Assembly (NCBI GenBank): GCA_965240325.2 | Contig: OZ251230.1 | Location: forward strand, 310,001-374,000 | DNA length: 64,000 nucleotides | Direction: 5' to 3' | From: Rebecca billardiae RCC1528 | Lineage: Eukaryota; Protista; Haptophyta | Shown here: piece by piece, positions 20,270 to 31,199 of the stretch | Layout: the number at the start of each line of letters is the position of its first letter | Position numbering within the stretch: position 1 is the first letter of the stretch | Position numbers and translations under genes: made by a program | The notes under the pieces: generated by a model | What the model was told of the DNA's origin: nothing | Databases searched by the model: none | The model's input: only the letters and a program-made list of their open reading frames with translations

Positions 20270-22517
20270 ATGCTTATGGCGCCCCCCCCCGAAAGCCGGG
20301 GGGGGGGGGGGGGGGCACGTGCTCCGCAAAATCAAACTACTAGACGAGGCGTGCAGGATTTTATGGGGATTTTTGTAGGTGGATGTAGGTGTGAACAAGG
20401 CATTTGAGAAGATATCGCTGCTCATGATTGCGTTCGTACTATCCGATTCCCCTGCTCGTACTAATATCTTTTTTTCAGCATGGATGATACTATATTCTAA
20501 TAATAGGACAATTCCTCGCTGAATAGCCGAACAAATGGCCCGTTCGGGCGCCTTCTTGGCCCAATGCGGGTGGCATTCTGATTCGACACCTCTATCTGCG
20601 AGGATAAACAGCTCTCTGAAAACGAGTGTGTCCTGGACAGCTTGAATAAAGGGGAAATGCAATAATATGATTGACAGGTTGCACGGGAAACTGACCTGGG
20701 TGTTACATTTCGGCCCCTTGGAGCATGGCTGCCCCGTGCCCGCCCACGGTGCCCTCGCGGGTGCGGCCGTTGCTGCCGCGCCATGTACGACTCAATGAGT
20801 CTTGCGCACGGTTTAGGCCGTGACTACTGACGCACATGTAGCAGACCGAGCCCTCCTCCCAAGCTCGCCAAGGGCCCGACCGCGTCATTTGAAGAGCAGC
20901 CGCCACGAGCGTCATCCACTCGACTCGGTCGGCACGATACGTGCGAGAGGTTGTGACGGCGCGCAACTCCTCGTCGTCGTCAGGAGTCAGCCAGCGAGCA
21001 CCCTGCGGCCGCACCTCGGCGACTTAGCACACGCAAGGCAGACTCGACCTTGGGCGAGCCCTGGCGACCTCCGCGTCGAGCTGGATGCCACGCGTAGCAG
21101 CCTGAGTCGACGTCGTGGAAAGGCACACGCACGCATAGAGCATCAGACAGTGCGCCGCATCTGCCTGCCGGAGTGTACCATCACCGCGCCCGCGCGACCG
21201 GGTTGAAGAAGAAGCCGTCAACGAAGAGCGAGCCGGCGTCCAGCGGAACGGGCGGTGCAGCCGGCGCCGCGCTGTGCGAACATGGTGGAAGCCGACCGCT
21301 GCCGCGCGCGACGTGAGCGAGCTGGCGCACGCCAGTCAGCTGCGGATGATGCGGCGAAGAGGCGCGCTACCACCTACTCCACCTCGCGCGACTTAGTCTT
21401 GCTGCCGTGATCACACACGCGCACGATCAATGACATACTCAACGTCGAGCGCCTGAGTGCTGTCTCGAAAAGTGCCTTCCCCCTCGCTCAGGGCGTGCCT
21501 GTCGGCGTGGTCGAGCGCCGCGCCGTCGCCTCGGCCTGCTGAGCGTCAGCGAGGCGCTTGTCAAGGATCGCCTGCTTGCTGCGTCACGGCGCGCGAGCGC
21601 GGCACGCGCACGACCAAATGTGTGCGTTTCCGACACTTCTTGCCGGCGGCAAAGGCAGACTGCCCAGAGTTCGCCTGCTTGTCCGAGGACCCCGCGCCAG
21701 ACGCCTGCACGGCCGGAGCAGCGGCCCGAGCTGCAACAGCAGAGGCCGCGCGCGCCGTAGCAAGCTTCGCCCTCGCGCGCTGCACGCGTTTGGCAAGCAT
21801 CTCCTTCTGCTTCCTTAGCGCACTACGGTTGCCCGCCTTCTTCTACGAAGGCCTCGTGAGGCGAGCTCCACAAGCACTCGCGTGTGTGGTCCAAGCCACC
21901 TGAGCGCGTGCGCACGGTTGCGCGCTCGTGCGTACGGTATGAGCAGTGCAGCAGGAGACCAGCACACGTTCGTGCAAAGGTGCACGCACATACCGCAACC
22001 GGCGCATCCTGCTCGTGCGCGAGAGCAGCCTCCTTGAAGGCTCTATCTACCACCTGTATCCAGGTCCCAGTTGTGCTTCTTCCCGCGATGCGCTTCGGCT
22101 TCGCGCCACTGCCGACGCGGGAGTGAGAGGAACTGGGCACCAGACTGCGGTACCGATTGCGGGCGAACGGGGAGGCGGGCCGTGGCGGCGAAGGTCGGAA
22201 ACCACCGGCATTCGTGTGCTCCGTGGTTTCCAAGCACTCGCGCCACGCGCCGGCCGCCATGGGACGGGCGCGATGTACCGAAAGACGGGTGGACAGGTCG
22301 CGTCCACTGTGAATGTAACATCTGTCAGTCGCGGGCGGTCATTTCTCCGTGCAACCTGTCGATTGCGGTTGTAACCCAAGACTCTCATGCCCATATTAAG
22401 CATGAGTAGTCATAGGACAATTCATCGGTGAACATTCGGAACTCAAGAAGATCAAATTCAAGAAGCCTGCCGCGCGATCTGGGTAAACCTGACAGTTATA
22501 GTGGGGCGGCCCTTTAA
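20270..22517. mobile_element. Decayed transposon-like segment with AT-rich ends and two convergent broken ORFs; boundaries uncertain
   Basis: Inverted repeats 20670-20696/22337-22363 and 20701-20709/22312-22320; direct repeat 20503-20523/22412-22432; internal stops in coding-like sequence. Confidence 0.4.
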
Positions 22518-22549
22518 ATATATGATCGGCGTCGGGCCACTGATGCCGC

Positions 22550-22652
22550 TATATATATATATATATACTACTGCGTTATATTATATATATAATATTATAC
22601 GACTGCTGATGGCTCGGCAATACGCTATATATATATATATATATATATATAT
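22550..22652. repeat. Interrupted (TA)n tracts
   Basis: Seen directly. Confidence 0.85.
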
Positions 22653-23009
22653 ACTGAGTCACTAAATGATGATGTCGCGTGATGACTATCTGACTGACGA
22701 CTGCTGCCGGCTCTGCGGTCATCGGCACCGCGCGGCCTAATGCCTGTACGGTCGGCCACGCCGACACCCTTCCCACCCCCCAGCCCGCCTCCAGCCCCCC
22801 CCCCCCCCTTCCCCCCGGTGAGTCCCCCCCATCGGCAGCATCCGTCGCGTAGCTTGGCATTTACACTCCCCACCGGCGGTGCATCCGGCGCGCCGGACAA
22901 ACCGTCATCAGCCCGTCCGAGCTCGGAGCTGCCGCGCACCGCCTCAGACGGCTGCCCGCGCCGAGACACGCCAATTGGCGCGCTCTTGGACAAGGCGTCT
23001 GTCCCCAGC

Positions 23010-24893
23010 TTACTGGCTGTACTTGTCCGAGGCGATCCGGATCGCCGCCGCCCCCGTCGACGAGCGGCGGCGGCCGTGCTGCTTGGCGCCGGTGCTGAGC
23101 TTGCTCGCCGTCTCGGGTCCGTAGAAGTGGTGGATCAGCTGCATGTTGTAGTTGGTCACGTCGTTCACGGACTCGAAGCACGCGCTCGAGCCGAGCCAGA
23201 AGGTGCGGTTCTCACCCTGCGCCTCGAGCAAGTCCCATGGCAGCCCCTTCTCGAGGCCCTCCTGCGAGAACTGGTAGAAGTAGTCCCACGGCTTCTGCTG
23301 CAGCACGCGCACGCCGCTCACGCCCTGCGCGCGCAGGTCGGCCTCGAGCGCCGAGCGCAGCGCGGCGCCGTCGATCGCGCCGTCGGCCGGCCGGCGATGC
23401 TCGCCGAGCGCGCTGAGCTGGTACCCGACGCACACGTGCGCGCCCGGCGTCGGCCGCACCGCGCCAAGCGCCGGCTCGGCGTTCTCGCACAGGTCTGCGG
23501 CGTGCAGCTCGCGCGTGAAGTTTGCCAGCATGCGCTCGCCGTCGGAGCGGCCCGCGGGCGCGCCCGCCGCCAGAGCCTCGCGGGTGGGTCGGATCGAGCG
23601 CTCGGACCAGCGCTCGCAGTTGATGGCCAGCGGGTTGGCGCGCGGCGTGATCGTCGGGTCCGCGCGGTCGGGCAGGTACGCGATGACGGCCTGGCCGCCG
23701 CTCGGGCGCGGGTCCCGCTCGTACAGCGTGGTCGTCAGGCCCAGCGGCGCGAGGCTCGAGATCACGCGCTTCTCGAGCTCGGTGAGCGCGAGCGCGCGCG
23801 CGATCGGCGCGTACGGGCACGCGATGAAGACGTGCGTGCCGCGCACGGTGAAGGAGCGCCCGCCGCCCCGCGGCCGCCCGCCGCCGGGGTGCGCGCTCTT
23901 GGTGGCGACGCCCTTGACGGTCACGCCGCTCGCCGAGCGGACGATCGACGTGACGCGGTGGCCGAGCCGCACGTCGAGGCGGTCCTGCGCGACCATGCGC
24001 TGCCACAGCTTGGACCAGCCGCCGCGCAGCATGGTGAGCACGGGCTCGGCGTGCGCCTTGTCCGAGGCGTACGCGATGAACGCCTCCATCAGGTCGGCGC
24101 TGAACCACATCAGCCCGTAGAAGGTGGGCACGCTCTCGAGGAAGCCGTACCCCTGCGTCGTCTGGCCGATGATCAGCAGCGGGATGAGCGCCTCGCAGCC
24201 GTGCTCGGCGAGGAACGCGGCGAAGGGCTTGCGCATGCGCGCCCACTGCGCCGCGCTCGGCCGCGGCGGGAGCGCGCCGTAGTAGCTGCCCATGCACTCC
24301 TTGTGCAGCCGCTGGTACTTGCGCGCCGCCTGGACGAACGCGAGCGACACGCCGATGCCCGGCAGGCACTTGGCGCTGCCCGACTTGGCCACGAGGTGCT
24401 CGCGCACGGCGGCGCGGTGCCACGTCGCCAGCGACGTGAACGTCGCGGCGCCGTGGCGGCCGGGCACGTCGTCCCAGAAGAAGTCGCGGTCGCCGGTGAC
24501 GCCCCCGGGCCGGATCAGATCGGCCGCCATGCCGTACTTGGCAAACAGCGCCTTGGGCACGTGGTACTCGGGGTGCGCGTAGCACGTGCCCATCTCGTGC
24601 ACGACGTCGTCCATCACCACGCTGAACGACTTGCCGCCGACGCGGTGCTCCGCCTCGAGGAGCACGGGCGTGACGCCCACCTCCTTGAGCATCGACGCCA
24701 TGTGCACGCCGGCCGGGCCGGCGCCGACAATGATGGCCACGTTCCCCCTCGTCGGAGCGGACTCTGGGCCGCAGCGGAAGCGGTGGCCCGCGCCGCCGTG
24801 CCCGACGTACGAGCCATCCGACTGGCGCGCCGAGGCGCGCGACGGCGCCGACGGATCGACCTCGCGCTGCGAGACGCGCTCGTACTTGCCCAT
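23010..24893 (-). CDS. FAD-dependent oxidoreductase of the amine-oxidase fold, resembling polyunsaturated fatty acid isomerase (PAI)
   Basis: IIVGAGPAG...LEAEHRVGGKS...HEMG; GYGFLESVP; C-terminal WDYF...QGENRTFWLG...FESVNDVTNY. Confidence 0.78.
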   Translation of the reverse strand: MGKYERVSQREVDPSAPSRASARQSDGSYVGHGGAGHRFRCGPESAPTRGNVAIIVGAGPAGVHMASMLKEVGVTPVLLEAEHRVGGKSFSVVMDDVVHEMGTCYAHPEYHVPKALFAKYGMAADLIRPGGVTGDRDFFWDDVPGRHGAATFTSLATWHRAAVREHLVAKSGSAKCLPGIGVSLAFVQAARKYQRLHKECMGSYYGALPPRPSAAQWARMRKPFAAFLAEHGCEALIPLLIIGQTTQGYGFLESVPTFYGLMWFSADLMEAFIAYASDKAHAEPVLTMLRGGWSKLWQRMVAQDRLDVRLGHRVTSIVRSASGVTVKGVATKSAHPGGGRPRGGGRSFTVRGTHVFIACPYAPIARALALTELEKRVISSLAPLGLTTTLYERDPRPSGGQAVIAYLPDRADPTITPRANPLAINCERWSERSIRPTREALAAGAPAGRSDGERMLANFTRELHAADLCENAEPALGAVRPTPGAHVCVGYQLSALGEHRRPADGAIDGAALRSALEADLRAQGVSGVRVLQQKPWDYFYQFSQEGLEKGLPWDLLEAQGENRTFWLGSSACFESVNDVTNYNMQLIHHFYGPETASKLSTGAKQHGRRRSSTGAAAIRIASDKYSQ

Positions 24894-25203
24894 GATGACC
24901 AAGGAGTCTGCTGTCCTTGGCGCCCGCCCAATCAATATCAATGCCGGTACCAGTTTCTAACCAAGACAGTGTAGTGTGCACGTTTCTGCGGTTTTTCGGC
25001 CATCGCGGCCACCGCCGTTGCGCCGGCCAGGGCGGAGAGGGCCACACGTCTCGTCGTCAGCAAAACCGCTCGGATATGTGGCCGCATGCACGCAGCACGC
25101 TTCGAACGGCGGCACACCTGATGTCGCGGATGCGGCGTGGTCGGTTATCGAAACGGCAAGGCGTTCCGCACGGCATAGGATAGCACGAATGGCATATGCG
25201 AGT

Positions 25204-26232
25204 GAGGGTCGTTCTTCCGAGCCCCCGCAAGCTCGCCCAGGCGGGTATCTGTCCTGAAGCATTTGTCTAGGGTGGCTTACAAAAATGTTCGGGCTCAAAA
25301 CGAGGGGCCGCGGGCGTTCTTGCGAGCATTTCCTTTCCGTTTTGGAGTTGCGCCGGTAGCTATTGAGATTGCGGGAGGATCGGCACCTGCTCGTCCAAGG
25401 GAGCCTAGGAGAAGCAGCGAGGGCAGCCCGCGACCCTAGCGTCCCTGTCGTGCACGTGCAGGCCCTTCTCGTGCGCATGATGTCGGCGAGGGGCGGCAGT
25501 CAGAGCGCCAACGCACACTTGATCTGCAAAGAGAAGCTCGTGTGTGCAATGTAGGCAACCAGGTGTCCCACCGACCGACCGCGCAAGCGGGCAGCCGACA
25601 GCCGAGCACGGTGGAGCTGGTCGCGTGTGCGCAGACAGCTAAGCGAGATGATATGAGGAGATGGTGGGCATGCCACGGTCGAGCCCTGCTCGTAAGTGTC
25701 TTCTGGAGACACGCACGACCGTGTGCATCGTGGCTGAGTCGAAATCTTCTACGAATTCAAACGCTCCGGGCGCAAGGCGCGACGAGTGCATTCTGCGCAC
25801 GTCAGATCACACAACGGAGGCTTGCGCCGCACAAGCTGCGCTCAAGCACGCGAGCGCAGCCAGGCGTCACACGTGACTGGCCAGCCTCAACACCACCGCC
25901 GCCGAGCATACGAGCGCGCGCGCGAACGCGCCGGTCGTACTTGTCTCGGCCGACCGCCGCACGCACGCACGGCATGCTCTCGACCCTCTCGTGGGCCGAT
26001 GTTGGAAGTCACAGAAGCTTCCGTCCTGCGATCTTTCGGGACGAGATAGTATGTGACGAAATTTGGCCGGGACCAAGTGTTGTTTGGATTTCCAACAACA
26101 CTTGGTCCCGGCCAAGTTTCGTCATCCTGGGGAGGCCTCCACGCCCCCGCGTTCGCAAAATAGGCCCTCATACAACAATGTTCGGGCTCGGGCTGGGGAA
26201 AAAGCGTGGGGGGGCTCGGAAGAACGACCCTG
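25204..26232. mobile_element. Non-autonomous TIR element, about 1.03 kb, 22-bp TIRs, internal 70-bp palindrome
   Basis: AGGGTCGTTCTTCCGAGCCCCC at 25205-25226 and its reverse complement at 26210-26231; AGT (or GAGT) on both flanks. Confidence 0.7.
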
Positions 26233-26399
26233 AGTACCTCATCACACATTCTTGTAGGTTGTCCTAGGAGGACCGTTTGTATGAAAGTAAACGATTTCGC
26301 ACATACGAAGATTGGACGCCTCGCGCGCGAACAATGTCGTATTTGCAAATAGGGTAGAGGAGTCGGGGGGGGGAGCATCAGGTAAAAGTGTTTTTTTTT

Positions 26400-26732
26400 A
26401 ATTCCCCTTTATAACGGGCTCCGGGTGATCAGGCTGGCGGCCGAAGCCTCCAGCCCTACCCTGGCCAGCCCCCAACCAACCACCACCCTCACCCAACCTC
26501 AAACCACTGACCGAGACACCTAAGTTGTGCGTAAATTGTAGTGGGTGCGGCAGAGCCTCAGGCTACTAAATTCCCCTTATTTATAACGGGCTCCGGGTGA
26601 TCAGGCTGGTGGCCGAAGCCTCCACGCGGGCGGTGCCACGCCCTCCAGCCCTAGTCCCTACCCTGGCCAGCCCCCAACCATGAACCAACCACCACGGTCC
26701 TCACCCAACCTCAAACCACTGACCGAGACACC
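26400..26732 (-). repeat. Repeat family B, two tandem copies (26400..26520 and 26531..26732)
   Basis: AATTCCCCTTTATAACGGGCTCCGGGTGATCAGGCTGGCGGCCGAAGCCTCCAGCCC...CAAACCACTGACCGAGACACC. Confidence 0.85.
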
Positions 26733-26977
26733 TCTTGATCCAAATGATCACCGGCTATCGCGCCGCCGCCGGTCTGTTAAATATCGATCGCCAAATAAGC
26801 GGCTGCAATACGACAAAGACACTACACGGCAGATCGATATACTATATATATGATAACGGCGCTCGGAGCGGCACGCCAAGTGCGCACGTTTATATTCATC
26901 GCGATCATCATCAGCAGCACACCGTGTATATATATATATATATGCATATTTTAAAATAATAATCAAACCGCCCGCGT

Positions 26978-27092
26978 TATTATAATATTGGGCTCCGGGT
27001 GATCAGACCGGCCGGGGCGGCCGAAGCCTCCATCCAGCCCACCCTGGCCAGCCCCCAACCAACCACCCCCACGCAACCTCAACACTGGACCG
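26978..27092 (-). repeat. Repeat family B, diverged copy
   Basis: GGGCTCCGGGTGATCAG...GGCCGAAGCCTCCA...CCCTGGCCAGCCCCCAACCAACCACC. Confidence 0.8.
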
Positions 27093-27275
27093 CCTAGGCC
27101 CCGCAGGTGAGGAGGTCCGCGCAGCCGGCGCCGGCGGGCGGCGCAGCGCGCTGCGCCCGGGGCCCGGCCGGCGCAGCGGGCTGGTCCCGCCCGGGTTCAA
27201 GCAACAACACTCGGGATGTCAACCAATCGACTGATGACTGCTCGAACGGCTAGAGCGTGCTCAGCGTGAGCACGG

Positions 27276-28304
27276 TCAGCGCGAGCGTCGATCAGGCGAC
27301 AGCGCGGTGACGCGCTGCTGGGCCTGCGCCTGGCCCTGGGGGGCGGTGCGGGTCGAGCCGCCGCGCGCCGTGCGTCTGCTCGCCCAGCGCGCGCGGATCT
27401 CGGCCTTCCGCCTGTGCAGCGCCATCTCGTCGTCGTCCATCCCCCCGGCGCGGCTCGCCGCCAGCCGCGCCGCCTCGTCGAAGAGTGGCGAGCTCGTGCC
27501 GACGCACGCGCAGAAGAGGCGCACCTCAAACTCATCTCCCGAGATCTCGATCTGGGCCGTCTGCTGGGCGGGCCGGCGGGGGGAGGAGGGCGCGGCGGAG
27601 GAGGCGGCGCGCTGCTCCGAGCCCGCGCCAATCTGCGGCGCGCCGACGATCAGCCCGTCTCGCCGCGCGGCCAGCGCCGGGCTCGCCTCTGACATGAGCG
27701 CGTCCACGACGGAGGGCGACGGCGCCGGGAACGGCCACGCGTTGCTCACCATCATCTGGCGCAGCGTGAGCGTGAGCACGCTCCGGTTGACGCGGTTGAT
27801 GGAGCGCGTGTCGCACGCGACGAACACCTCGCCGGCACGCCGGAAGAAGTCGCCGTAGTACATCTGCGTCGCCAGCGCGTGCAGCAGCAGCGCGAGTGGC
27901 AGCGCGTCGCCGCCGCCGCCACTCTCGCGCTGGGCATCCGCGGGGAGGAGGAGCTTCGCGCGCGTGCACAGCCGCGCGGCGACGTGGAGCACCTCGAACG
28001 GGAAGTCCGGGCATACTATCCCGAGCAGCTCGTGGAACTGGCTCGGCGCGACCTCCGAGTCCGGCGGCATCTGCGAGATGGCGTCGCGCACCAGCCGCAG
28101 GAAGGAGAGCTGGTTGTGCGGCGTCGCGCGCACGTGCGCGTACTCGCGGTGCAGCACGTGCGAGCCGTCGCGGACGCGCTCGAAGTACTCGGCGACGGCC
28201 TCAACCGGCCGCTCGCGACGATCGTCGAGAAGCATGCGCACCGCTTCCGCGAGGTACGTGTCGATGCGATGCCGTTGCAGGTACAGCCTGCCGGGGTCCG
28301 CCAT
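27276..28304 (-). CDS. CSTPP1: Centriolar satellite-associated tubulin polyglutamylase regulator (C11orf49/CSTPP1-like)
   Basis: YLQRHRIDTYLAEAV...EYFERVRDGSHVLHREYAHVRATPHNQLSFL...LLGIVCPDFP matches the C11orf49 N-terminal signature as recalled. Confidence 0.75.
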   Translation of the reverse strand: MADPGRLYLQRHRIDTYLAEAVRMLLDDRRERPVEAVAEYFERVRDGSHVLHREYAHVRATPHNQLSFLRLVRDAISQMPPDSEVAPSQFHELLGIVCPDFPFEVLHVAARLCTRAKLLLPADAQRESGGGGDALPLALLLHALATQMYYGDFFRRAGEVFVACDTRSINRVNRSVLTLTLRQMMVSNAWPFPAPSPSVVDALMSEASPALAARRDGLIVGAPQIGAGSEQRAASSAAPSSPRRPAQQTAQIEISGDEFEVRLFCACVGTSSPLFDEAARLAASRAGGMDDDEMALHRRKAEIRARWASRRTARGGSTRTAPQGQAQAQQRVTALSPDRRSR

Positions 28305-28374
28305 GCTGTGCCGGGTGCATCAGTGGCAGCATCACCTACTACCAGGATGGCCGGCCGTCGACTCGTCCAGCGCG

Positions 28375-31005
28375 ATGACGTCGTCGTGGGAGTTCCGCCA
28401 CTTCGACGTGGGTGGCGGCGTGGTGGTGGAGGCGGCGTGCCGGCCCTCGAGCGCGGAGCTGCACCGCAACGGCGGCGCGGACGCTGAGTCCGAGTCGGAT
28501 CTGACCGGCCACGTGCCGTGGCTGGCATGCCTGCCGCTGTGCACGCACCTCGCACGCACGCTCGTGCGCGCGTCGCCGCCGCCGGTGGCGCTGCGCGTGG
28601 TCGAGCTCGGTGCCGGCGTGGGCCTGCCCGGGCTGGTCGCCGGCCGCGTCGCATCGGCGCTCGTGCTCACGGACAACTCGCCGCCCGTGCTGGCGCAGCT
28701 CGAGGCGAGCCTGCGGCGAAACGTCGCGAACGGGCGCGCGCCTGCTGGCGCGCGCGTGGCCGCGCTCTCCTGGGGCTCCGGCGCGCTCCCCGCGGGGCTC
28801 GAGCGCGCCGTGGACCTCGTCCTCGCGGCGGACTGCGTGTACTACGCCGGCAGCGCGCGCGCCCTGCTGCGCACCGCCCTCCGCCTGCTCGCGCCCGGCG
28901 GCGTGCTGCTGCTCTCACACACGAGCCGGTGGGAGGAGACGGATCGGGAGCTGTGCGCGGCCGCGCGCGAGCTGGGGCTTGGGATGGCGGTTGCGCCGGG
29001 CGCGGCGCCGCCGACGGCGCACGAGAGCGGGCGCGTCGCGCGCGTGCTCGAGCTGCGGGCCCGACCGCCTCGGAGCCGCCCGGAGCTCGCGCCCAGCCTC
29101 GAGCGCGCGCTCGCACACGCGTCCGCCCTGGGCTGTCGCGTGTGGGCGGCTGAGGCCGAGCCGGCGGCGGCAGGGGCGGAGGAGGGGCGGCGGGGCGGCG
29201 AGAGCGGGCAGCGGGCGCGGGCCGCCTCGCCGCCGCGCAGCGTGGGCGTGCGCGGCGTCGGCCCGCTCGCCCTCACCCCCGACGCCGTGGACGAGCTGCT
29301 GCGCGCGCTGGGCGCGGACGCGCGCGCGCGCGAGGCCGTGCGCGAGCTCAGCCTGAGCGGGCACTGGCTGCACCCGGAGGCGCTGCTCGGCGTGGGCGGG
29401 GACGGGGTGGCGCATGCGCTGGCGAGCTGCGCCGCGCTCACCGCGCTCGACGTCTCCGCGAACGCGCTGGGCTCGGCCGGCGCGGGCGTGCCCTCCGAAG
29501 CCTCCGAAGCGGAGCACCGGTCGGCGCGCGCCAAGCGCGCCGCGCTGTGCGCGGCCGTGCGCGCCTGCAGCGGGCTGCGCGCGCTGCGCGTGGCGGCGTG
29601 CGAGCTGAGCGAGGCGGACGCGCTCGAGCTGGCGCGGGCACTCGCGGACGCTTGCCCGGAGCTGCGCGCCCTGGACGCGAGCGCCAACCCCATCGGCGAC
29701 GGCGGCGCCCTCGCCCTCGCGCGCACGCTCGCGCCGCATCGCGCGCGCGATGGCGAGATGCAATCTCCGCCCGCGGAGATGCAATCTGCACGCACGGCTG
29801 CAGCAGCTGGCGCGACGCCCCCGCCGGCCGAGCTCTTGCTCGCGTATACGCGGCTCAGCGCGGAAGGCACCCCCGCCCTCGCCGCCTCGCTGCCCGCGGG
29901 CCTGCACCGCCTCGACCTGAGCGGCCAGTGGCTGGGGGATGACGGCTGCTCACAGCTCGCGCGCAACTACGTGCGAAGGAGCGGAGCGGCCGATGCGCTC
30001 ACGCACCTCAGGGCGGCGCACGCGACGAGCGGCTGGGGCGCGGCGACGCTCGTCGCGGCGGCGGCCGACGCGCCGTGCGCGCGGCTCGTCGAGCTCGTCC
30101 TGCGCGGCGACCGCATCGGCGACACGGACGGCGCGCGCATCGCCTCCGCGCTCGGCTGCAGCCCTGTGCGCGCCAGCCTGCAGCGGCTCGACCTGCGGGC
30201 AAACCAGCTGGGCTGGGAGGGCGCGGAGGCGCTGGCGGCCGCGCTGGCGAGCTGCGCGGCGCTCGTCGAGCTGAGGCTGGACGACAACCCGCTCGGCGAC
30301 GAGGGCGTCGACGCCCTCGCCGATGCCCTCGCCGGCACGGGCGTGGAGGGCGAGCCGCCGCTCCGGCCGCCCCCGGCGCTGCGCTCGCTCGGGCTGAGCG
30401 GAGTCGGCTGCGGAGACGAGGGCCTGGAGGCGGTGGGCAGGGCGGCCGCCGCGCTCGTGGCGGGCTCGGGCTGCGCCAGCCTGCGCGAGATCGACCTCCG
30501 GCGCAACGCGCTCACCCCGGCTGGGGCGGCGCGCGCGCTCGAGTGCATCGCCGCCGCCGCCATGGCTGCCGCTCCCACGGCCGAGGCGGCGGAGGGATGG
30601 CCGCCGGCCGGCACTTCGGCGCGACCACCGCCGCTCGAGGCGGCGCCGCAGTCGGGGGCAGGGCGCCGCACGAGCCCGCTGCTGCTCGACCTGCGCCGCG
30701 CTGCGGCCGCGATCGCCGATGCCCCTGCCGACGGCGGCGGTGGCAGTGGCAGTACCAGCGCACACGCGCCTGCGGACGGATCGGGAGAGCAGCGCGCTTG
30801 GGAGGCGGCGCGCCCAGCCGCGCTGTGCGCCTGGCGCGCAGGCCGCGTGCGCGCGCTCCTCCCGCACATTGGCGACGTGGGTGCGGACGAGGGTCGAGGG
30901 GCGCATGGCTGGATGGAATGGCGGGATGCGAGTGACGCCACGCCCCACAGTCTCGCAGCAGCGTCGGCGACGACGGCTACTGCGCCAGTACCATTCGGGT
31001 ACTGA
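28375..31005 (+). CDS. Family-16 SAM-dependent methyltransferase fused to RNI-like leucine-rich repeats
   Basis: TGHVPW, VVELGAGVGLPGL, LVLTD, LVLAADCVY; then repeats such as LDASANPIGDGGA, LDLRANQLGWEGA, LRLDDNPLGDEGV. Confidence 0.8.
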   Translation: MTSSWEFRHFDVGGGVVVEAACRPSSAELHRNGGADAESESDLTGHVPWLACLPLCTHLARTLVRASPPPVALRVVELGAGVGLPGLVAGRVASALVLTDNSPPVLAQLEASLRRNVANGRAPAGARVAALSWGSGALPAGLERAVDLVLAADCVYYAGSARALLRTALRLLAPGGVLLLSHTSRWEETDRELCAAARELGLGMAVAPGAAPPTAHESGRVARVLELRARPPRSRPELAPSLERALAHASALGCRVWAAEAEPAAAGAEEGRRGGESGQRARAASPPRSVGVRGVGPLALTPDAVDELLRALGADARAREAVRELSLSGHWLHPEALLGVGGDGVAHALASCAALTALDVSANALGSAGAGVPSEASEAEHRSARAKRAALCAAVRACSGLRALRVAACELSEADALELARALADACPELRALDASANPIGDGGALALARTLAPHRARDGEMQSPPAEMQSARTAAAAGATPPPAELLLAYTRLSAEGTPALAASLPAGLHRLDLSGQWLGDDGCSQLARNYVRRSGAADALTHLRAAHATSGWGAATLVAAAADAPCARLVELVLRGDRIGDTDGARIASALGCSPVRASLQRLDLRANQLGWEGAEALAAALASCAALVELRLDDNPLGDEGVDALADALAGTGVEGEPPLRPPPALRSLGLSGVGCGDEGLEAVGRAAAALVAGSGCASLREIDLRRNALTPAGAARALECIAAAAMAAAPTAEAAEGWPPAGTSARPPPLEAAPQSGAGRRTSPLLLDLRRAAAAIADAPADGGGGSGSTSAHAPADGSGEQRAWEAARPAALCAWRAGRVRALLPHIGDVGADEGRGAHGWMEWRDASDATPHSLAAASATTATAPVPFGY

Positions 31006-31199
31006 TGACTCGACGATGACAGCATGACATGCGCTCGACCGCGACCATCTGTCCATCATCTGTCGAGACGCAAGCGCGGCCGACGAAAAATCGTCGTCGT
31101 CGTCATGAAAATCGCTGCAGCACTCATGAAGTCATGAACCGAGGAAATCGACGCGACAAAATAATCGTCGTCGTCGTCATCAAAGACGAATCCGCCAAG

